Below are positions 58,126 through 64,000 of a DNA stretch of 64,000 nucleotides, piece by piece. The position numbers and the translations under genes are program-made. The notes beneath the pieces were generated by a model, which saw only the letters and a program-made list of their open reading frames with translations, searched no databases and had not been told where the DNA came from. Positions within the stretch are counted from its first letter, which is position 1; each line of letters opens with the position of its first letter. Location of the stretch: IMG/VR virus record IMGVR_UViG_3300026549_001031. One strand, written 5' to 3'. Source of the DNA: a virus. Taxonomy: Duplodnaviria > Heunggongvirae > Uroviricota > Caudoviricetes.

Positions 58126-58980
58126 ATGGATACAGTACAGTTAAAAGAACAGGCAAGACAGTTTATTAGTGTAGTGGAACAGATTGAATCTCAGAATAGG
58201 GCATCTGAAATGGCAAGAGAGCAGTTAATTGCAACAATCAATACACTAATGGAAAGTAACAAGAACAATAAAGAGGCATTGGACATTGCAACACATGCTA
58301 TTGAGTTATTGACTAAAGTCAGTGATGAAGCAGTGGGTGAGGCATATGGGTTCTTGACAGAAAGTTTAAATACAGCACTGTCACGTATGTTTAAAAACAC
58401 AACGCGTAGAATTGAGTTAAAAGAGCGTATGAGAAATAATCAGTATCCTCAATTAGATGTGATTCTGCATGTAGGAAATGGAAAGACAAGAAGTCTTAAG
58501 GGCAATAGTGGTCATGGACTTGCAGAGATTGTATCACTATTGAGCATATTAAGTTTAATTGTGATCACAGGAAGTAGACGTATACTTGTGATGGACGAGA
58601 TAATCAGTGGTGTGGATATTGAGAATCGTCAGATAATTGATGATATACTTTGGACATTTGTACAGATTGGCTTTCAGTTCATTATAAATGATCATGGATT
58701 TGTTCCTAAGGGCAGTCATGTTTATTATCTGGAAATGGTAGGAGATGTGAGTGGCGTTAAGCAAGATTACATTGCAACTAATGGAGTTTACTTGCAGGGA
58801 GATTCAGGATATACAGAGGATAAATCAACAGAGGAGATTTTGGAGGATATTGTTGAGCAGTCAAAGGTAGAGAGCAATACATCTGGTGTGTTGGAATCTA
58901 GCAATGCAGGTTTAACAAGGGCAGAGCAGGAAAGTCAAAATACAGGAGAGATACCTGCTAATGGCATTTTAACAATGTAA
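58126..58980 (+). CDS. SbcC/Rad50/gp46-like ATPase, C-terminal half
   Basis: Coiled coil then signature-like NSGHG, Walker B ILVMDE, D-loop SGVD, H-switch INDH. Confidence 0.8.
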   Translation: MDTVQLKEQARQFISVVEQIESQNRASEMAREQLIATINTLMESNKNNKEALDIATHAIELLTKVSDEAVGEAYGFLTESLNTALSRMFKNTTRRIELKERMRNNQYPQLDVILHVGNGKTRSLKGNSGHGLAEIVSLLSILSLIVITGSRRILVMDEIISGVDIENRQIIDDILWTFVQIGFQFIINDHGFVPKGSHVYYLEMVGDVSGVKQDYIATNGVYLQGDSGYTEDKSTEEILEDIVEQSKVESNTSGVLESSNAGLTRAEQESQNTGEIPANGILTM

Positions 58981-59194
58981 GTTTCATAGTAAATAAAAGA
59001 GAAATACTTAGGTGAATTTGTTTAGACAATTGTATAAATAGGTTCACCTAATTTTTATTTCCAGGTGAACATTGAAAAACAAGGGTTATTGACTATCAAG
59101 TGACATGTTTTACTATAATGCTATACACTATATTATGCACGATAAGTAATATTAAATATATTTTAATATATTATGAAAGGTTGGGATTTTACAT

Positions 59195-60448
59195 ATGAAA
59201 TTGGTGTTAGGCACTCTAGTAAGGAATAATAACAAGGTAGGATTTTTCATAGCAGATACAGATTTGGGCGTTGAACAGAATGTAGACTATGTAGACATAG
59301 GTAATATTGAGTTTAGACGTTACCTTGAAAATGGGTGGCTTAGCATAGCAAATATTGAACTTAAGGGAAATATTCCGACAATGAAAAATTGGAATCCTGC
59401 ACGTAGGGGAGTATGGTGCTGCAGTAGAGAAGTAGATGATAACACAGAGTTTAGAGGGTATTGTTACATTGAAAAGACAATGGAGAATTTGTTTAACATA
59501 ATGGCATTGTCAATTTCAGGTGAACTTATTAAAATTGAGAATAGTACAATAGCTGATATAGAGAATAGACTTGACAAGAGTATTGAGGACATTAAGTTCT
59601 TAAATGCATATATGGATGATAAAGGGCATATGTGCATTTATAAGCCTAGCACTGGTACTTATTTCACGTCAGGTATTGGAGTAAGCAGGTCAGCTAATAT
59701 AGATGCAATACTTGACCCTGAAATATGGTCAGCAGAGGTAAATGTGGATAACCTTGGTGTTGTGATTTACAAGCTTAAGCAAAAGAGGAATAAGAGCAGT
59801 AGGGGAATAGAGTTAGACCTTAAAGCACCTATTATTGCACTTGGTAAGTTTAGCGGTGAGGCAGACATAGTAAAAGTTGGTCCTACAGTAAGAAAATTAG
59901 GACCTGGTTGTTTTGAGGATACTCATATAGGAGTAGTCAATTTAGCAATGGATGGTAGTTTGGCAGAGATACCTGACAAGTGCTTTAAGAAATCTAGCAT
60001 TATGAGTTTTAAGGGTGCTGGTAGTGTTCAGATAATTGGCAGACAGGCTTTTATGGGTTGCACTAAATTAATTCAGGGAATTGTAATTGATTCATATATT
60101 GTATCAGATGAGGCATTTAGAGGTTGTGGTATTACAAGGCTAAAGGTTTGCAGTGCAAATAGAAAAATTGGTGATGCAGCTTTTGAGGGATGTAAGAACT
60201 TAAAGAAAGTAGCTATCATGGATGGCAACACATCTATTGGAAAAGCAGCATTTATGAATTGTACAAGATTACAGGAAATAAGGTTGCCTAGGACATTGGA
60301 GACAGTAGCTTATTCAGCACTTAGAAATTGTAAGTCATTGAAAACAATTAAGGTATATGAGGGTAGTGAAATCAACATAGAGAAATTAGTAAATGTAACA
60401 GGTAGTAAAAATGTAGATGTCATTCGGTATGGAAACAGTGACATGTAG
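59195..60448 (+). CDS. Paralogous N-terminal domain fused to BspA LRR
   Basis: IIGRQAFMGC, KIGDAAFEGCKNLKKV, SIGKAAFMNCTRLQEIRLP. Confidence 0.82.
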   Translation: MKLVLGTLVRNNNKVGFFIADTDLGVEQNVDYVDIGNIEFRRYLENGWLSIANIELKGNIPTMKNWNPARRGVWCCSREVDDNTEFRGYCYIEKTMENLFNIMALSISGELIKIENSTIADIENRLDKSIEDIKFLNAYMDDKGHMCIYKPSTGTYFTSGIGVSRSANIDAILDPEIWSAEVNVDNLGVVIYKLKQKRNKSSRGIELDLKAPIIALGKFSGEADIVKVGPTVRKLGPGCFEDTHIGVVNLAMDGSLAEIPDKCFKKSSIMSFKGAGSVQIIGRQAFMGCTKLIQGIVIDSYIVSDEAFRGCGITRLKVCSANRKIGDAAFEGCKNLKKVAIMDGNTSIGKAAFMNCTRLQEIRLPRTLETVAYSALRNCKSLKTIKVYEGSEINIEKLVNVTGSKNVDVIRYGNSDM

Positions 60449-60502
60449 AGAATAAAATGGTTTAGTATAGAAAAGAAAGATTAGCATGGGGGTTAGAGAG
60501 TC

Positions 60503-61690
60503 ATGGCATATAGGACAATAAATTATTACATTAACAAAGCTTTACATAGACCTAGGTTAAAAGATGGTGAGAATGAGTTTATTATGTATGTCAATACAGA
60601 TAATGCTTCTGGCACTATGGAAAATATGGAGTCATTGAAAAAGGCTCAACAGAGTGCAATTTATCAAAAGAGAAGCATGGATAATTATAACTCACCTACT
60701 AATGTAAGAAAGGTTTGGATCACTGGTAAAAGAGTGGCAGTGCAATACTATACAACAGTTAAGACAGCTAAGAAAGATGGTAAGCATTACTATGTAAAAG
60801 AGCTGGAAGTTAACTTGTTTGACATACTTAAGGATCAGATGCAGTATAATGAAAAAATGAACAGATATAGTATGAGTAAGACAGCAGGAGAAAAAGTAGA
60901 TAAGCCTGACTCTGGTAGCATTAAGGGAAATCCTTTTTCAGTATTCTTAAATCCTTATACATTGAATAACGTGGAGGAGATCTATGTAGATTATGCAGTA
61001 TGCTTGGCAAGTGATGAGGCTAAGCCTTACTTTTATGGTTTAATGTCAATGTTACCACAGTTAATGACATCACGAACTCAATATAATTGCGTTAAGAACC
61101 ATGAGTTAGGTCAGGCATTTTGTAACTTGACAGGTATAGGATCAGATGTACTTAAGAAAAGATTTCCTAGACTTAGGGTGATTGCTATGGTTAGCAGGTT
61201 GGATGAAATACTGACGCATCAGGGAAATAAGAATGTAGACCTTGAGTTCAAGATGTCAGACATAGAGAGTAAAAAAGTCAACTGGATAGATTTGAATGAA
61301 CATTTAATTCAGACTTCTAACAGTTTTGTAATGAGAACAGACATACCTCATTCAGGACTTAATACAGAGTTTAATGTAAAAGATCAGCAGTATAAACTTG
61401 ATGCATTGTTTTTGAAAGGTTTAGTTGCTGAATACAGTCAGAAAGTAAAAGACTACAGTAGGCAAAAGAGATATGGCACTACTGAAAAAGAGAGTGAGGA
61501 CATCATTGAAAGTCAGATGTCAGAGGAAGAAAAGCTGATATGCAGTCTGGATGAAAAGAAGCAGGCAAATGTGTTGTTACTTGTATTAGATGGAAAGACA
61601 TTGCAAGAAAAGAGTAGGTTCTTTAGTAATATAAGTAAGGCAAATAGAGAAAGACTTATGAAGATGGCTGGACTCAAGGTTAAAAAGTAG
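60503..61690 (+). CDS. Hypothetical protein
   Basis: 395 aa ORF. Confidence 0.7.
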   Translation: MAYRTINYYINKALHRPRLKDGENEFIMYVNTDNASGTMENMESLKKAQQSAIYQKRSMDNYNSPTNVRKVWITGKRVAVQYYTTVKTAKKDGKHYYVKELEVNLFDILKDQMQYNEKMNRYSMSKTAGEKVDKPDSGSIKGNPFSVFLNPYTLNNVEEIYVDYAVCLASDEAKPYFYGLMSMLPQLMTSRTQYNCVKNHELGQAFCNLTGIGSDVLKKRFPRLRVIAMVSRLDEILTHQGNKNVDLEFKMSDIESKKVNWIDLNEHLIQTSNSFVMRTDIPHSGLNTEFNVKDQQYKLDALFLKGLVAEYSQKVKDYSRQKRYGTTEKESEDIIESQMSEEEKLICSLDEKKQANVLLLVLDGKTLQEKSRFFSNISKANRERLMKMAGLKVKK

Positions 61691-61763
61691 AAATTACAGT
61701 TAAGTAGGAAGATTGAGCATAGAATAAAATAGAGGGAAATTAGGAAGTAAGGAGAGGTTTATT

Positions 61764-64000
61764 ATGACAGACTTGGAGAAAATAAAGTTAGCAATCTATA
61801 CAACAAATATAGACAGTAATGTTGCAAGTGACTTGTTGAACAAGTATGACATATTAGCCAGTGCAGCTAGTGTTAAGACAGCAACAGTGGATGATGTGAA
61901 TAGTTACAATGTAATTATGAATAGAACACTGTTTTTAGGAGTTGTCTCTGGTGTAAATATGACAGACATTATGAGATATGATAATTTGTATAAACTTGTG
62001 TCATTGGCAATGCAGAGAAACAGTGGTAAAAGAACACTTGATACATATATAATGGTTTATAAGACCATAACAGAAAATACAGGACTTACACCTGTTGATA
62101 ATGTTACACCTGAAATGGTAGAGAGTACACTACAGACCTTTGGTATAGAACAAGCAGATCCTGAAGTTGCAGAGGAGGTTGTTGATAACTTTGATACTGG
62201 AGTAGAGGAGGCATTTGCAAACAAGGGGTTGTTTGATTCAGATGAGGATGAGGGCATAGAAGATTCAGAGGGCTCAGAGGGCTCAGAGGGTGAGGACACT
62301 GGTAATGAATTGGAAATCAGTGAGGAAGATTTGGCAAGCATGGGATTGTCAAGTGAGGACTTTGAAGATGGAGAAATTAACATTAAAGAAAAGAATGATG
62401 AGCCTGAAGAAGAGGAATTGACACAGGAAGCAAAAGACAAGCTTGAAATGTTTAAAGAGATATACAATGATATTGATAATTCGCCATTAAAGGCAGCAGT
62501 TAATGGTATTGTAATGTCTTTGTCAGATTTGTATGCATCTTGTTATTCAGGTATAACTGCAACTGATGGAGTGTTGACAGATCAAGGTTTATTGTCAGTG
62601 GACAGACAAAAAGATGGGCACAGACAATTTGTAATGAATCATTCAGCATCAGATAAGGATGTTAGAGCATTAGGTAAGAAAGCTAATTACTTGAAATATT
62701 ATAGTGCAGTCATGTATGCAATAGGAGTTGCAGGGTGTGGAGCAGTACCTTTGTCACCTGGTTGTAATTATGACATGGTTACAAAGACAGCAGTTGCAAG
62801 GGCAGAACAGATATTTGGTAAGAGAATAGATGGTAGGAAAGACACTACACCTAAATTTGCAGACGTTAAAGATCATGTGCAATTATATCCTAGGCTTCAT
62901 ACAGAGTTTATGACAGGTATGTTTGTAATCAACTCTAAAATGAAACAATGGGCATTGGATAATAAAGCAAAACATTCTGATGTACGTATCACTAATTTTG
63001 GAGACATGACAAAATGGATGAAAGAACGTGTAACAGATTGTTTGGCACAGGCTTGTTTGGATGCAGGCGCAAAAGTAGAGGACGCAGGTGTAAATGATTC
63101 AATCATTACAAGTGTTTGTAACACCATGGCTTCAAGTATTAAAAACATTATAGTAATTACTAACTCTAAAAAGAGTCATAAGACAATTAAAATTTGTTCA
63201 GCAATGCCTTTAAATGCTGAATACATTGGAAAAGAGATTGCAAACTACTTTAATGCTGGTTCTGCTAGTAGTCAGGCAGTAGAAGTCATTACAAAGAATA
63301 ATGGTAGCAATACTGGAGTTTTGGAGTACGATATAATTCTTGACAAAGCAGACTATGATAAATCATCAGCATTCTCAGCAGATGTAATTGACAGTATTAT
63401 TGAGTCTGGTAACGTACCTAGTTGGAGTAATGCAATACTTGGAGAAAAAGATAACGGTGGTGTTATGAATTTCAACTTCAAGGATAAATGTTCAGTTGCA
63501 ATATATGGAGCATCTGGCTCTGGTAAAGGTATTATGACATCAGCATTATTGACTAATGCAATGGCAGATGGTTGTGATATATTTTACTTCGATGGTAAGC
63601 CTGATAATGGAGCAGCACTTGCTAAAGTGGCATGGGATGAAAATGCTGGTGACGTAGCAGTGTTTAATGGTTGTCAGGGTGGTTCTAATACATTCCCTGG
63701 TCATTTGGAGGAATACTCACATGGAGTACGTGATAAAAGTGTGAGAGACTCAGAAGAAAAATTGATACCTACATTGGATGATAATAAGTCATGGCCTTTT
63801 AGAAGTAAGTTCCCTGGTGCAAGAAAAGACCTGCTTGAAGTAAGTTACACACTTTCAGGTTTTCAGTTTGTGCACGACGCAATACTGTTGAGAAGTAATC
63901 CTGAAAATTTGGAGATGTTACCTTGTGGTGATCCTAGATGGGCAGTGTTTGTAATTGATGAGATTGAGGATGCAGCTGTCAAGGAACAGACTACACGAAA
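61764..64000 (+). CDS. FtsK/HerA-like P-loop ATPase (3'-truncated, absent from ORF track)
   Basis: ATG after GGAGAGG; in-frame Walker A AIYGASGSGKG (Gly at 63507), YFDGKPD, Walker B VFVIDE near window end; acidic N-terminal region. Confidence 0.75.
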   Translation, partial: MTDLEKIKLAIYTTNIDSNVASDLLNKYDILASAASVKTATVDDVNSYNVIMNRTLFLGVVSGVNMTDIMRYDNLYKLVSLAMQRNSGKRTLDTYIMVYKTITENTGLTPVDNVTPEMVESTLQTFGIEQADPEVAEEVVDNFDTGVEEAFANKGLFDSDEDEGIEDSEGSEGSEGEDTGNELEISEEDLASMGLSSEDFEDGEINIKEKNDEPEEEELTQEAKDKLEMFKEIYNDIDNSPLKAAVNGIVMSLSDLYASCYSGITATDGVLTDQGLLSVDRQKDGHRQFVMNHSASDKDVRALGKKANYLKYYSAVMYAIGVAGCGAVPLSPGCNYDMVTKTAVARAEQIFGKRIDGRKDTTPKFADVKDHVQLYPRLHTEFMTGMFVINSKMKQWALDNKAKHSDVRITNFGDMTKWMKERVTDCLAQACLDAGAKVEDAGVNDSIITSVCNTMASSIKNIIVITNSKKSHKTIKICSAMPLNAEYIGKEIANYFNAGSASSQAVEVITKNNGSNTGVLEYDIILDKADYDKSSAFSADVIDSIIESGNVPSWSNAILGEKDNGGVMNFNFKDKCSVAIYGASGSGKGIMTSALLTNAMADGCDIFYFDGKPDNGAALAKVAWDENAGDVAVFNGCQGGSNTFPGHLEEYSHGVRDKSVRDSEEKLIPTLDDNKSWPFRSKFPGARKDLLEVSYTLSGFQFVHDAILLRSNPENLEMLPCGDPRWAVFVIDEIEDAAVKEQTTR

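Noticed and set aside
718-63148. Minus-strand ORFs and short alternative-frame + ORFs in the track
   Set aside because: They overlap longer + strand genes with RBSs and look like antisense shadows; no recognisable motifs.

Overview
AT-rich 64 kb segment, coded essentially only on the + strand, that looks like part of a jumbo phage or other very large mobile element of a Clostridia/Lachnospiraceae-type Firmicute (inference from gene content and sigma70-type promoters; no virion genes are recognisable). It carries nrdG, two Dam-like methyltransferases, 8 tRNAs, a ~1.1 kb ORF-free structured RNA candidate (GOLLD-like) and a replication/recombination module. That module comprises PolA with a mini-intein, a split primase, a gp32-like SSB, a split SbcC/Rad50 plus SbcD, and clamp-like and clamp-loader-delta-like genes. 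Also present are EAL and EAL-HDOD proteins, a HipA-like kinase pair, BspA LRR proteins, five secreted proteins and a truncated FtsK/HerA-like ATPase. The standout is a stand-alone reverse transcriptase (9805-11055), translationally coupled to a small Cys-rich partner ORF, lying 1.3 kb downstream of three ~135-nt structured repeats (8015-8490). The repeats share a fold with compensatory base changes but each carries a different long hairpin. This candidate RT + multi-ncRNA array does not fit retron, DGR, group II intron or CRISPR layouts. All family assignments are by eye from motifs; no database searches were run.
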